Assembly (NCBI GenBank): GCA_030390025.1
Contig: CM059432.1
Location: forward strand, 62,560,001 to 62,624,000
Length of the DNA stretch: 64,000 bases
Reading direction: 5' to 3'
Source: Squalus acanthias
Lineage: Eukaryota
This document shows, in pieces, positions 38,091 through 51,500 of the stretch. Below the pieces are notes generated by a model that made no database searches, was not told where the DNA came from, and saw nothing but the letters and a program-made list of their open reading frames with translations. Within the stretch, counting starts at the first letter, position 1; the number at the start of each line of letters is the position of its first letter. A program made the position numbers and the translations under genes.

Positions 38091-39795
38091 TTTTAATGGA
38101 TCCAAAACCTTCTCTCAGAAACCTCACTTCCTATTCATGTCTTGTCAATTTTCCACAATACTAAATACCCACAAAAAAAACAGACCTGGATCTCTGTAAA
38201 TCTTAATGTATGCCCACGATAATGTTCCCAGCCACAAATAAATTCAATAGTGGTGCAGAGTAACTTATTTTCTCTTATCAAGGCAATGGTGATATAAAAA
38301 GCCATTTGGAATCTTGGCTTTTATTTGGATGGGGGAGTGGTAAAGATGAGGGAGTGAAACCAGGTCATTTATTGCCTGATCATAGCAGATATGTACGTTA
38401 CACAAGATTATTGGTTAATAAAGGCAGTAGTTGATGTATATAATGGCATGCTCTGGAACTTCTCAATGAAAAAGAGCTGTATTAAAAAAAATTTAGGTTG
38501 TCATGTATGTTATGCAAACTAAACTCATTCAATAAGAATTGTTGGAAGTTTTTGCTCATTATTTTGCTGCATTGTGGTGCAGATTAATTGTAATGTCAGT
38601 GTGTTGAGGATTGTTTTAATATTTGTATTTATGAAAATGACTTTCTGTTAAGCAGCTCTTGTGTATCAAGTAATGATATTGCGTTTGTTTACAGTCTGAT
38701 TCTACCAAAACACGCATTTGAATTTGCGAGAAAAGAATATCGGTGTATAGTTAGGACTTTCTAAGATTAAAGTTAGTCTTGAAGATGTGAAATAAGATGC
38801 AGTGAGATGCTTTTCGTTTCAGTCTCTGAATTGGGTAATTAATTATTGTTTGACTTTTTTTTAAAGTTAGTGGTAAAATCATTTGATGGTTACAGTTGAG
38901 AACTTTTTATTGATTTCAAGTTTGAAAATAATTAAGATTGATCTTCACCCTTTCAAAACAATTTTGTTCCTCGAGGGCAAAATGACACGGCTAGCTAAAA
39001 TGCTGGGCTGTTGGATTTTCCCTTTAGAATCCGATGGAAAAATCATAAATTTCTCAGACTAAAAGCTGCTAATGATCCTGTCAAAAGAAAATCAGGTAGT
39101 AATATAACTATCTGAAGTTTACTTTCTCTCGTGAGGGTATCTCACCAATTTGCTGTAATTAATAAGACTGTTCCCCATTCAAGTTTGAGAGAGAACTTAA
39201 GGTGGGTGTATTCATTTAATAAACAGAAGTTTAAAAACGTGCTAAATCTTTACACTTTTTTGCAGACCTTGGTGATTTTGCCACTAGTTTAAATTTTCCA
39301 TTAGAAGACTTTTTCAGGACTCGGCTTTTTCTTTTTCTTTTGCCACATTGGCTAGCTCATCTCGGAGAATGGCAATTGCTGACCAGGGATTGAAACTGCG
39401 ACCTGGTATAGTACTACATCATGCAATGTATTTACGCACTGATGCATCAATGGAGGGCTCCAGAATGAACTAACTGTTTACTGCAATGTACTCACCAAGG
39501 ATAGAACTGATAGTAACTGAGAATTGTATGTTGTTGAACAAGCAACATATCTAGGGGATTGACCAGTAAGTAAAGAACTTGCAGCAAGAAAAAGTATTTT
39601 CAGATTCCCTGTATATGTAAAGTGCTTTACAACCAATTAATTACCTCCAAGCAGTTACTGTTGGGCAACTGGCAAGAAATTTTGGAATGCAAATTCCACA
39701 AACAGCAAATTAGATGGATGAGCTAAGTATTTCAAAGTTCTTGAAGAACTTCATTGCATACTACTACATAGTATTTACAGCACAAATAGGCCATT

Positions 39796-42360
39796 CATAG
39801 AATGGTTACAGCCCAGAAGGAGGCCATTCGGCCTGTTGAGCCCGTTGCAAGAGAACTTCAGCTAGTCCCTTTCCCTGTAGCTCTGCAATTTTTTTTTTCC
39901 AATTCTCTTTTGAAAGCCACAATTGAGCCTGCCTCCACCACCCTTTCAGGCGGTGAATTCCAGATCCTAACCACTCGCTGCGTAAAAAGGTTTTTCCTCA
40001 TGTCACCTTTCGTTCTTTTGCCAATCACCTTGACTCTGTGTCCTCTGGTTCTTGACCCTTCCACCAATGGGAACAATTTCTCTCTCTACTCTGTCTAGAC
40101 CCCTCATAATTTTGAACACCTATCAAATCTCCTTTGACCCTTCTGCTCTAAAGTGAACAACCCCAGCTTCTTCAGTGTATCCACATAACTGAAGTCCCTC
40201 ATCCCTGGAATCATTCTCCTAAATCTTTTGTGCACCCTCTCTAAGGTCTTCATATCCTTCCTAAAGTGCAGTGCCCAGAATTGGACACACTACTCCAGTT
40301 GCGGCCGAGCCAGTGTTTTATAAAGTTCATAACTTCCTTGCTTTTGTACTCTGCCTTCCTTTATGAAGCCCAGTATCCTGTGTGCTTTTTTCACTGCTTT
40401 TCAACCTTCCCTGCCACTTTCAACGATTTGTGCACATTTACCCCCAGGTCTCTCTGTTCATGCACCCCCTTTAGGATTGTACCCTTTAGTTTGTAGTCCC
40501 TCTCCTCGTTCTTCCTACCAAAATGTATCACTTTGCACTTTTTTGCGTTCTATTTCATCTGCCAGATGTCCGCCCATTCCACCAGTGTGTCTGTCTTGAA
40601 GTCTATCACTATCCTCACTTCACTATACCTACAAGTTTTGTGTCATCTGTAAATTTTGAAATTGTGCCCTGTACTCCCAAGTTCAAGTCATTAATATATA
40701 TCAAGAAAAGCAGTGGTCCAATACCGACCCCTGGGAACACCACTGTATACCTTCCTCCAGTCTGAAAAATAGCAGTTCACCACTACTGTTTCCTGTCACT
40801 TAGCCAATTTCGTATCCATGCTGCCACTGTCCCTTTTATTCCATGGGCTTCAACTTTGCTGGCAAGCCTATTATGTGGCACTTTATCAAATGCCTTTTGA
40901 AAGTCCATATACACCACGTCAACCGCATTGCCCTCCTCAACCCTCTGTTACCTCATCAAAAAACTCAATCAAGTTAATCAAGATTTGCCTTTAACAAATC
41001 CGTGCTGGCTTTCCTTAATTAATCCATACTTGTCCAAGTACCTGTTAACTTTGTCCCTGATTATTGTTTCTAAAAGCTTCCCCACCACCGAGGTTAAACT
41101 GACTGACTTGTAGTTGCTGGGTTTATCCTTGCACCCTTTTTTGAACAAGGGTGTAACATTTGCAATTCTCCAGTCCTCTGGCACCACCCCCGTATCTCAG
41201 GAGGATTGGAAGATTATGGTGAGTACCTCCACGATTTCCTCCTTAACCTCCCTCAGCATTCGAGGATGCATTCCATCTGGTCCTAGTGTCTTATCCACAA
41301 GTTCAGACAGCCTTTCTAGTACCTCTATCAAATCTTCTCATCCAGTATCTTCACTGCCTCCTCTTTCACTATGACTGGCAGCATTTTCCTTGGTGAAGAC
41401 ATGCAAAGTACTCATTAGTACCTTAGCCATGCCCTCTGCCTCCATGCTTAGGTCTCCTTTTTGGTCTCTAATTGGCCCCACCCCTCTTACTAACCGATTA
41501 TTATTTATATGCCTATAGAAGACTTTTGAATTCCCTTTCATGTTAGTTACCAATCTATTCTCATACTCTTTGCCCCTCTTATTTTCTTTATTACTTCCCC
41601 TCTGAACTTTCTATATACAGCCTGATTCTTGTATTCTCAACCTGACATCTGTCATACGTGCTCTTTTTCTGCTTCATCTTGCTCTCTTCTTTCATCATCC
41701 AGGGATCTCTGGCTTTAGTTGCCCTACCTTTCCCCCTTGGGGGAATGTACCTCAACTGTACCCGAACCATATCCTCTTTAAAGGCAGCCCATTGTTCGAT
41801 TACAGTTTTGCCTGCCAATCTTTGATTCCAATTTACCCGGGCCAGATCTGTTCTCAACCCACTGAAATTTGCCTTCCTCCAATTAAGTAATTTTATTCTA
41901 GATTCCTCCGTCCTTTTCCATAGCTAATCTAAACCTTATGATACTATGATCACTGTTCCCTAAATGTTCCCCTACTGACACTTGCTCCACTTGACCCACC
42001 TCATTCCCCAGAACCAGATCCAGCAATACCTCCTTCCTCGTTGGGCCGGAAATGTACTGATCAGGATTATGTCAGAAATTCTTCCCCCATCTCTGCCCTT
42101 TACACTATTACTGTCCCAGTCTATATTAGGATAATTGAAGTCTCCCATTATTATATAGTTCTTGCACTTTGCTGTAATTTCTCTGCAAATTTGCTCCTCT
42201 ATATCTAGTTGGTGGCCTATAGAATACACCTAGTAGTGTAATGGCACCTCTATTATTTCTTAACTCTAACCAAATAGATTCTGTCCTTAACCCCTCCAGG
42301 ACATCCTCTCTCCAGCACTGTAACATTCTCTAACCAATACTGCCAACCCACCTCTTCTTT
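39796..42360 (-). mobile_element. CR1 LINE, same subfamily as 6561-9490, nested in an older CR1 (39765-39795 plus 42366-43050)
   Basis: Long colinear similarity to 6561-9490; EN/RT fragments in minus ORFs 40978-41187 and 41972-42229. Confidence 0.93.
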
Positions 42361-43279
42361 CCTTCCCATTTGGCCCAACAAGTCCGTGCAGTTGTTGATG
42401 CTCCATCGAGCCTCCTCCCATCCTTCTAATCCCACCAACATATCTTATTCCTTTCTCCCTTGTGTTAATCTAGATTCCACTTAACTGCATCTATGCTACT
42501 TGTTCCACATTCTAACTACTCTGGATAAAGAAGTTTCTCTTTAATTCCCGATTGGATTTATTAGTGACTTGTATTTACAATCCTTAATTCTGCTCTCCCC
42601 TGCAAGTGGCAACATGTTCTCTACATCTACCATTAAATCCTTTCATGGTCTCTCCATCAGGTCACCCTCGGCTGTCTATTTTCTAGAGAGAAGAACTTCA
42701 GCTTGTTCAGTCTCCCCTGATAGTTCTGGTATCATCCTTGTAAATCTTTTTGCACACTGTCCTGTATCTCTATATCCTTTTTATAATATGGAGACCAGAC
42801 CGGTTGACATTACTCAGTGTGGTCTAACCAAGGTTCTATACATATTTAGCATAACTTCTCTGCTTTTCAATTCTATCCATCTAGAAATGAACCCCAGTGC
42901 TTTGTTTGCTTTTTTTTATGGCCTTATTAACCTGGGTCACTAATTTTAGTGGTTTGTGTATCTATACCCCCAGATCCCTCTGCTCCTCTACCCCATTTAG
43001 ACACTTATTTTCCAAGGGGTATGTGGCCTCTTTATTCTTCCTACCAAAATGTATAGTGCAGAGGATAGATGTGGGAAGAACATATCATGGGACTCATGGC
43101 TGTGAACATCTTGTTGCGAATGCCATATTGACCCCATGCTGTATGATTTGCTTATTTGATAGACTAAATATGGATGGTTGTAGAGTAGGATGAAACTGCA
43201 CAATGAAGGACTAGGGAGCATATGTGCAATTTACACAGAAAACCTGTTATGTTGCTTAGTTTAGTATTTTGTGCACAAT

Positions 43280-43885
43280 GGGCCGTATATGCCGATGCCT
43301 ACGGGTGTGTACGCACCCGTAGGGACATCGGAAATGCCGGTTTCAGGCATATGAAGCGCATGCGCTGAAATCCGGCATTTCCAATCTGTCAAGAATGCTC
43401 TTGACAGATCGGACGCCTGCCCTAGAGAAGGGCCTCTGCGGGCGGATAGTTCCGCTTTCTGGAGAACCTCCGCCCACAGAAAACCCTTAGAAAGTAAGCT
43501 TATTTTTAGCCCTGTAAAAAAAACTTTCATTTTTTTTCAAAAAATAGATTAAAATATTTAATTTATTGTCATTTCAACTCATTTTAAAAGTGATTAAATG
43601 TTTTAGTGTTTTTGGGGTGATCTCCATTCATATATTTGACAGTTCTATCTGTCAAGTGTATGAAGGGAGATTCCCTTCTCCTATTGGCTCCCCATGGCCC
43701 ACGTGATCCCAGGGACGCTTGCGAACTGCATGCGCCTCTGGGATACGTGGGCCCTGCGCATTTCGAGTTGGAGAGGCCCAGGAATGGAAGTATACGCACC
43801 TCAGGAACCCTCAGGTACGTCTGCAGATTTTTTCCAAATTGGAGGCCTCCGCACGCAGGAAGCTTTCTATCTGAAAAGACGGGCC
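43280..43885. mobile_element. Putative Harbinger-type MITE with internal tandem hairpins
   Basis: Imperfect TIRs GGGCCGTATATGCCGAT vs GGCCCGTCTTTTCAGAT (12/17); GC-rich ends and AT-rich core. Confidence 0.55.
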
Positions 43886-44034
43886 TATGTTTCTAAGCAT
43901 CACCTGAAACCCTAGTATATTACACCCTTGACTAACTGCCACCGCTACTACTTTAATTCAATTGCCTGTGACTGCAACCTATCGAAAGGAGGAGGGGCAA
44001 TAATCTAGCCTTTTTGCAACTTGTTGCAGTACTG

Positions 44035-44610
44035 GCAGAGTTATAGTGCCTTTAAAGTAGTAAAACATCCCAAGGTGCTTCATAGGAGTGTTATCAGACA
44101 AAATTTGACACCAAGCCACAAAGAGGTAGGTTTTAAGGAGCATCTTAGAGGGAATTCCAGAGCTTGGGACCTAGACAGCTGAAGGCACGGCTGCTAATGG
44201 TGGAGCAAAATAAATCGCCCGAGGCCAGAATTGGAGAAAAGCAGAGTTCTTGGAGGGTTGCAGGGCTGCAGGAGGTTAGAGATAGGGAGGGGTGAGGCCA
44301 TGGAAGGAACTGAACACAAGGATGAAAATTTGAAATTTGAGCCTTTGCTGGACTGGGAGCCAGTGTAGGTCAACAACTACTGGGGTGATGGGAGAATGGG
44401 ACTTGATTTATATAGCACCTTTCATGTCCTCAGGATGCCCCAAATCATTTCACAGCCAATTAATTATTTTAGAAGTGTAGTCACTGTTGTTTAGGCAAAT
44501 GCGACAACCAAATTGCACACAGCAAGGTCCCACAAACAGTAATGAGATCAATCAGTCAGTCTGTTCTTGGTGGTGTTAGTTGAGGAATAAATGTTAGCCA
44601 GGACACAGGA
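44035..44610 (-). mobile_element. L2-like LINE 3' remnant followed by a DeuSINE fragment
   Basis: L2-type tail (SNLLQPCNPPRTL motif in ORF 44194-44376); DeuSINE tail and core at about 44400-44610. Confidence 0.6.
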
Positions 44611-45229
44611 GAGGGAGGGATGAGTTAATAATAAGGAGAACACATACTATTGGTCCCCCAGTGGTACAGAAACCCAAATACTATTGTGGACGAGGTGGGA
44701 TAGCTCCAGTGCATCCTGTCTATCTGCTGTCTCCACCCTGTGTCTAGTTTGGACCAGAGGTGTGTTAAGTTACTAAGAATATGCACACCTAGACTGTTAA
44801 TGCACCCTCTTTTAAATGCCATGTTGAGAATATGCAAAAGAACTATATCTGGGAAAACCAGTGCACAATTTTTCTCGGGTTAAATTTTTTTTTTAGAAAA
44901 TTGCTAGTTTTTCAGTTTCGATTTGCAATCTGTCTAATGTTTAGTTTCTTGAAGTAAGATGCGAGGGGAAAAAATGAGTCTCCCCATGTAGGGGAGCAGT
45001 ATTTTAAAAAAATTGTGAAGGTGAGGAAAAAAAGGTAAAAATTAACCTGCATGCACCACTCAACATTAATTTTTTTCCACAGAAGCATGCCTCCAGACCC
45101 TCACCCTCAAGAGTGGTGCGATCCACATTCTTAACAAGTGTATACAATTATAAATTTGTTGCCTATAGCCCTGATTGACTGAATATTATTTATAGTGGCT
45201 AGTTGACTGTTTTAATGGTTAATGGACCA

Positions 45230-45338
45230 TTCAGTGCGATTGTTGCAGACTGTTGTTGCTCAGTTATGCGTTAGCTGCAGCTAACGCATAACTGAGCAAC
45301 AGAACAGTCTGCAACAATCTCCAAGAAAGTGCACTGAA
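45230..45338. repeat. Near-perfect spacer-less palindrome
   Basis: 48-bp perfect palindrome at 45254-45301, plus outer arms 45238-45253/45304-45319 and 45230-45237/45331-45338. Confidence 0.95.
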
Positions 45339-46254
45339 AGCACACTTCTGCAAGCAAAAAAGAAAACTCATTTAATGTATTACTAGTATGTTAAGAGTTA
45401 ATTAAACCCCCAGAGGGTTAAGTGGCACAGTCCAGACTACAGCACATTTTATCAGTTGAAGTTGCATGTCACACAGTTCAGCATGAATTGAAACCACGTG
45501 GAAGAAACACAATTTGTGCATTTCTTCAAATAAGAACAGTCCAGTGCATTAACTACATATAAAAATTAAAGTTCAGCTGTTGTTGTTTTCACTTTGTACA
45601 GTACTGTTTGTGGTCATACAGAAAAGCTAATATTGTGGGTACAATACGTTTTTGACTAGCAGTATAGCAACAGGACGAGAAAGACCTTATTTCACCACCA
45701 GGTGTAAAGAAATTAATCTAATGGATGTGACACTTAGAGCATGCTGAGTAATCTAAAGGTTGTGAAATTGTCAGTTTTGTTCTGAATAGTAGAAAATGCA
45801 TTTTCTATTGCTCCATTTTATTGTTCCGTTATGCATGGTATGAAGTTGAATCCCCAACAGGTCTGGCTTTTCCTTGTTCGGATTGTTGAAATACAAATTT
45901 ATTTATAATTATTTGGTTTGGTGAAACTTGACCCCGAATTTCCCTTGCATTTGCGCCAATCAAAAATGATTTGTGTCCGTCGCTGGTCAGGAGAGTTCCG
46001 TGGGGCAGCTCATTTGCCTACACATTGATGTAAATCCTGTGTAATCTGCTGGACTGCATGGAAATTTAATTGCAGTCTTTAAAAGGATAGGTCAGCTTGC
46101 ACACATTGGCAGCAAGTGGGGGACATCCAGGTAAGAAGGAATTAATGCTTGGCTCAATCACTTGACTCTCATAACTTCTTTGCATATCTCATCAACCTTT
46201 TAAATCATACTTTGCAAGAATTATGGCAGAATCAACAAGAATGCTGCAGGCCAT

Positions 46255-46480
46255 GGCATAGGAAAGAAGAATGCAGAACTTCACTGAATCAGACCTCCAA
46301 GCCCTCCTGGAGGAGAGTGAAGGCAGGCGGAACTGATGCCTGGATATGGGTGCCACCAAGCCAACCAGAGAAAGCTCGTGCCACCTGGAGTGAGGAAGCA
46401 CTGGCATTAAGTGCCAATTCCCTCACCCCCCCCCCCCCCAGGACGCCAGACCACTACCAGAAAATAGTTCCAGTGATCGC
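46255..46480 (+). pseudogene. Harbinger Myb/SANT gene remnant
   Basis: RMQNFTESDLQALLEE...ARATWSEEALALSANSLT..RTPDHYQK resembles the trihelix domain of Harbinger Myb proteins. Confidence 0.55.
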
Positions 46481-48529
46481 ACCAGGACAGGCATAACACA
46501 CTGGACACAAGTACACTCTTCACTCCCTTGCAACACTTGCACAAATGACCCTGCAAAATGCATTCTGATTAAGCAAGTTATAACTGGGCACCTTGCACTA
46601 TGGTTATCCAACTCCCCTAACAGCAATTGCAACAGTATAGGGGCGATTTTGTCAATGGGGGTGCGTTGGCGAGCTTGTCGGGTTTTAGTCCCACCTCCAT
46701 CGACTTCTGGCCAACCCACGCTATTTTCCCTTGATTGACCTTGTTAATCCCGCCCAGCGGGCTTACCAGACCAATTAAGGGGAAGCCGGTTACAGAGAAC
46801 ATCAGCGTATGACATTTCATATGTGAAGCTGTCAAACACTGACATCCTATGTTGTTTGATGAGTCCTTGTATTCAAGACTCATCAAACCTCTTTCTTTTG
46901 CAGAAATTAGATGGTTGTTGCATCGGAGAATGCAGCAGCCATCTGCCATCTCTGCCGGTTAGATGCAAGAGTCTCCGCATCCCCAACTGTTGAAGCCTGC
47001 AGGAAGAAACAAAGGTAAGTAAACATTTTCTATCACTTTCCACTCACCTCACATACTTACCTCTCCACACTTGCACCCATCACTTACCTTCACAGCGCAC
47101 TTTTGCACCCCTCCAACCCCCGCAGACCCACTGCTCGCCTCGGTGACCCTGGCGGGGTTTCCCGACATCAGGAAGCCCGCGCCGCTCCTGGAAAAATGGG
47201 GATTTACAAATTACAGGACCTCTGATAGTGCAGTACTCCCTCAGTAGTGCACTGAAGTGTCAGCCTAGATTATGTTCTTATGTCTCTGGAGTGGGGATTG
47301 ACCTGACTCAAAGGTGAGAGTGCTACCACTGAGCCAAGACTGATATCCCTGGCCTGTGGTGTTAGTGACTGGGTATTAAAATTTGCTTCAACTGGGATGT
47401 GACATTTCCATACTGGCGCAGAAGAGATGGTCTTTTGAAGTTATAACCAAGGTTTATTTTGTAGGGAAGCTTTATTTTGCATATGTCTGTGCTGTCCTCT
47501 GGGTGCTTGAAATAAAAAAGTTTTCCATTCCCCAGCACTTGCCCTAATGAATATAAAGAGGGTATATTTCCTCACTGCAGTGTATTAGCGGTGTATAAAT
47601 GGTCCCAGAATTTTTTTTAAGCAGGAAAATCAGGTGGAAGCCATTTCCACCCAATTTCCGCCATTAAAATGGTTTTCCCAAGTTCTCTCACACTTTTTGA
47701 ACCTTCCAGCAATCTGCCCATTGCGGTGGAAATTGGGTCTTGCCGTGGATGGAAAGAGGGAAAATTTTGCGGGACTAATGTCATGCAACCCAAAGACACC
47801 TGAAAGGCTTTCGACCCAATATTGGAGCGGGCCATTTTAGGTGTTCTTGGCAGCCGCCTAACAATGTGTTAATGAGGGGACTATTAAATAGAAAGAAAAT
47901 AATGTGCACGGAAAATGAAAGAGATCTGGGGATCCTGATTGGCAATAAATTGAAGCTATTGCAACAATGCTGAGTGGCAGTGAGTAAAGCAAATCAGATG
48001 TTGGGATGTATTCAAAGGCCAAAATTGAGTCAAAATAGTCAGGTAATCCTATCACTTTATAAACCATTGGTGCAACGACACTTAGAACACCAGTTTTCCT
48101 CACGTCATGTCTGGGTCTGTTGTAGACTAATTGCTGGAGATTGGTTGCTATGATTAGTCAACAACTCCATTATTATATCATGCAACTACATGGATGGTAG
48201 AAGGCGAACTAGGTAGACCGTGGTCTTTTTTTATCTCGCAATTTCTTTGTTCCTAAGTTACTAGGAGGGCTGTACCTGTGTTGACTCATCATCTCCTGAC
48301 AATAAACAAACCTGGATAAAACAGGTTAATGGAAGCCCTCACCAGCCAGCTCTGTTCATCACAAGAATAAACCAAAGCACATGATCTAGTATCTAAATCA
48401 TCTGCTTTTTTTCTCCTTCAGAACCTTGGTGGTGGTGAGCACTCAGTACTCTTTGCTGTTTCAATCAGGATCTTTCCTTTTTGAACTTTTGAAGCTGCTG
48501 ATTGCTGAGGCTCTGAAAGCTACTGCTAA

Positions 48530-51500
48530 ATGACTTCTCTATTCAAGTCTACCAAGAAATGGAGGGACTCTGAGGAAGATCCCTTGTTACGAGAAGGCAG
48601 ACCTATGATAGGTAAACCGAATGTTCAAAGAAGAAATGGTAGGGATAATTTAATTAGTGTTAAATATACGCAGAAAGATCGAGAGAGTCTCGCATCGCAT
48701 GAGAGTCTGGATTATCTACCTTCTCACAGCGACATTTATAAAAAATGGCTGCGAGAAATCCCTTACAGGTAATGAGCACAATTCCTATCTATTATTTAAA
48801 TATTTTAATTTCAACAGTGGCAGATTTATTTGTTAAGTATGTAAATATGCTAAGAAACAAATCTATTCAAGGGCTCATTTTAGGGTGCTACCTTTGGCCT
48901 TAATGTCTTGGACTAGGAGCACATAAATCAACTAGTGTTCTTGCACCGAATGCTGTGAGTCTGTAGGACAGTATATGTGTGTCTTGTATGGACATTGACT
49001 GAGGACAGGATTGGGCTCAGATGGGATGTCTTTCACAGTGGAATAGCATACCAACATTTACTGCTTCGTCTCACACATGAAGAATGGGCACTTGGCCAAG
49101 GTTCTGGAGGGTGCCCAGTGTACATGGGGCTGTATCCCAACAGAAGTCAGTGCCTTCAGAAAAGGAAAGGGGAAATGATTGGAGTGTGGGGGGGGGGGGT
49201 AATTTTTCTTTCCAAAGATTTTTAATTTTATTCAGAATATAATGGCTTTAAGTACAAATATTTAGCAAAGGAATAATGTGGGGGTGTGATGATTGCAGTT
49301 TGTAATCAATCAGTCTCAGTAAGCAAGGATTTTCCCTGTGGTTATTCAGCTGCCTCGCAAAATTGCTGGAGGGAGTTCACGCAACAGATTTATGAGATAT
49401 TGTTAGGCACCAGTACAAAGTTTTTATATTCCGCTACTTTTGAGGCAGTGTGTGTGTGAGGGTAGGTGAGGGGTTGGCAGGGGGCTTATGGAGTTGATAT
49501 GTCTTTATTGGCTAGTTTACCATTATGTTCAGTACCATCACAATTAAACTACCAACATACAGACAGATAGGGAATAATTCGAGGGTTGGTTGTTTGCTGA
49601 CTGATGGTAGTAGCTGCATTATACGGTATAACATTTACAGTATGATAACAACCAGATGTCTTTCAAATTGCCAAATCTGTTGGATTGTTAATTCTACTTA
49701 GTAGTTAGTTCTAATTTTTTTAATTGTTGTTTCTCCCCATCTATCAGTGGCTATTTCTGGTTCCCTTTGCATGTGGGAAAAGCTGCTGCAAATCTCTTTG
49801 GATTTAAACAGAACAGGTTGCAGCTTTAATTTGCCCATTTTACTGTTGGCCAGAAAGTCCAATCTTGTTGACAATCATTAAACTATATTATTATGAGTCA
49901 TTTATCTTGCATTCTTATATGTTTTGTTTTAAGCAAGACGTTTGTTAAATGTGCAATCTAAGCTTTCTGTAAAGAACTGATAAAGCCGCAGTGGTCTACA
50001 GGATTATAGTCATCTTGGTTTCTGGGCAGCAGAAATTGAACCCTTTCAAAATTAAACAGCTATGATTGTAAGAGTTACTAAATGGAGTGACAGTTTTTAT
50101 TGCAAGATAAGTTGCATAATATTTAATGAATTCAAGTGTGAATATGTGGTCCAGGGACAGTTCTCTGTAACCAGTTATGCTTAACAGGCTTTACTGTTTA
50201 TTCTCAGAAATACTGTTCAGTAACCCAAATCTCAATTAGTTGTGTGATCTATCCTGTATCTGTCTTCAGGTGCAGTTTGCTCTCTCTAGGTGCAATTTTA
50301 ACCCAGCCCAGCTGGCAGAAACAGGGTGGGTGGTGGTTAAAATCGTGTCTGGAGTCTCTTCACACTTACCCTGTCCCGCCCCCCCCCCCCCCCCCCCAAT
50401 TTTAACTCACCAGATTTTGCATTCGGGAAAGGTGACCGCTCCGGGCAAGCAGGGACCTCTTTAAAATCTCAAAGTCGTGCTCCAATGGCATCATATCTGC
50501 CCTCATTGCATTTTAACTCCAAATTGCGGATGCGCCACACAGTCTCAGACCTGCCAGTAAAACTTGTACCTGGATTTTAGCTTGGAGGCGCATTCATGTG
50601 GGGATCCTGTTTTCAGGTCGGGAAACCAGGAAGTACGGGTTAACCGAACTGTCTTTAAATATTTTTCTGTAGGTTTCCTGCCCACAGCCAGCCTGATTGA
50701 CAGGCTGGAGGCCTGGCGGGTGGGAAATCCTACAGCACAAGGCTGTAGCCGAGCTGGGCTGAGAGCAGGTAGGTATAGTGGGGAGATGGGCGAGATCATG
50801 GGGAGTGTCCGATCGCGCGGGGGGGGGGGGGGGTTCCAATTGCTGGGGGTTTTACAAACATGGGGGTGGGGAAAATGGTGGTCAAGGGTCAGGGGGCAGA
50901 TGGTGGTCGGGGGGAGCAGACAGATCCCGGGCCTAGGGTATACTGGGTAGCTTGTTGGGCCCGGAAGAAACACTCCTGCTCCTCCTAGCTCACAAGCAGT
51001 GCTGTAATGCATTTACCTCAGATTCAGCTCTTCTCGCCTCCTTTCACCTGCCAGGTTTCCCGAGGGCTGGGAAACCCGGCCGCCTGTGGTTAAAAATTGA
51101 ATCACAGTTAATATGAAGACACACTGCCTCATTAAAATATTTATAGACGCGACTGCTGCCAACGAACCTGAAGTGTTCTGTGCATGCGCGCTTCCGGTTT
51201 GTCACGGGAGCTTCCTCGTTAAAAAATGTTTTAAAAAGCCGGGAAGGGAACAGGCTGGTTAAAAAAAAACGGAAGAGAGCGGGCTCATGAGAAAAAGCCG
51301 GGAATGGAGCGGCCTGGTTAAAAAAAGCCGTGATGGGAGCGGGCTTGTGAGAAAAAGCCAGGAATGGAGCGGGGTGGTTAAAAAAAGCGGGGAATGGAGC
51401 GGGCTGATTAAAAAAAGCTGGAATGGAGTGGGCTCGTTAAAAAAATCCGGGAACGGAGCGGGCTGGTTAAAAAAAGCTGGGATGGGAGCGGCTCGTTTAA

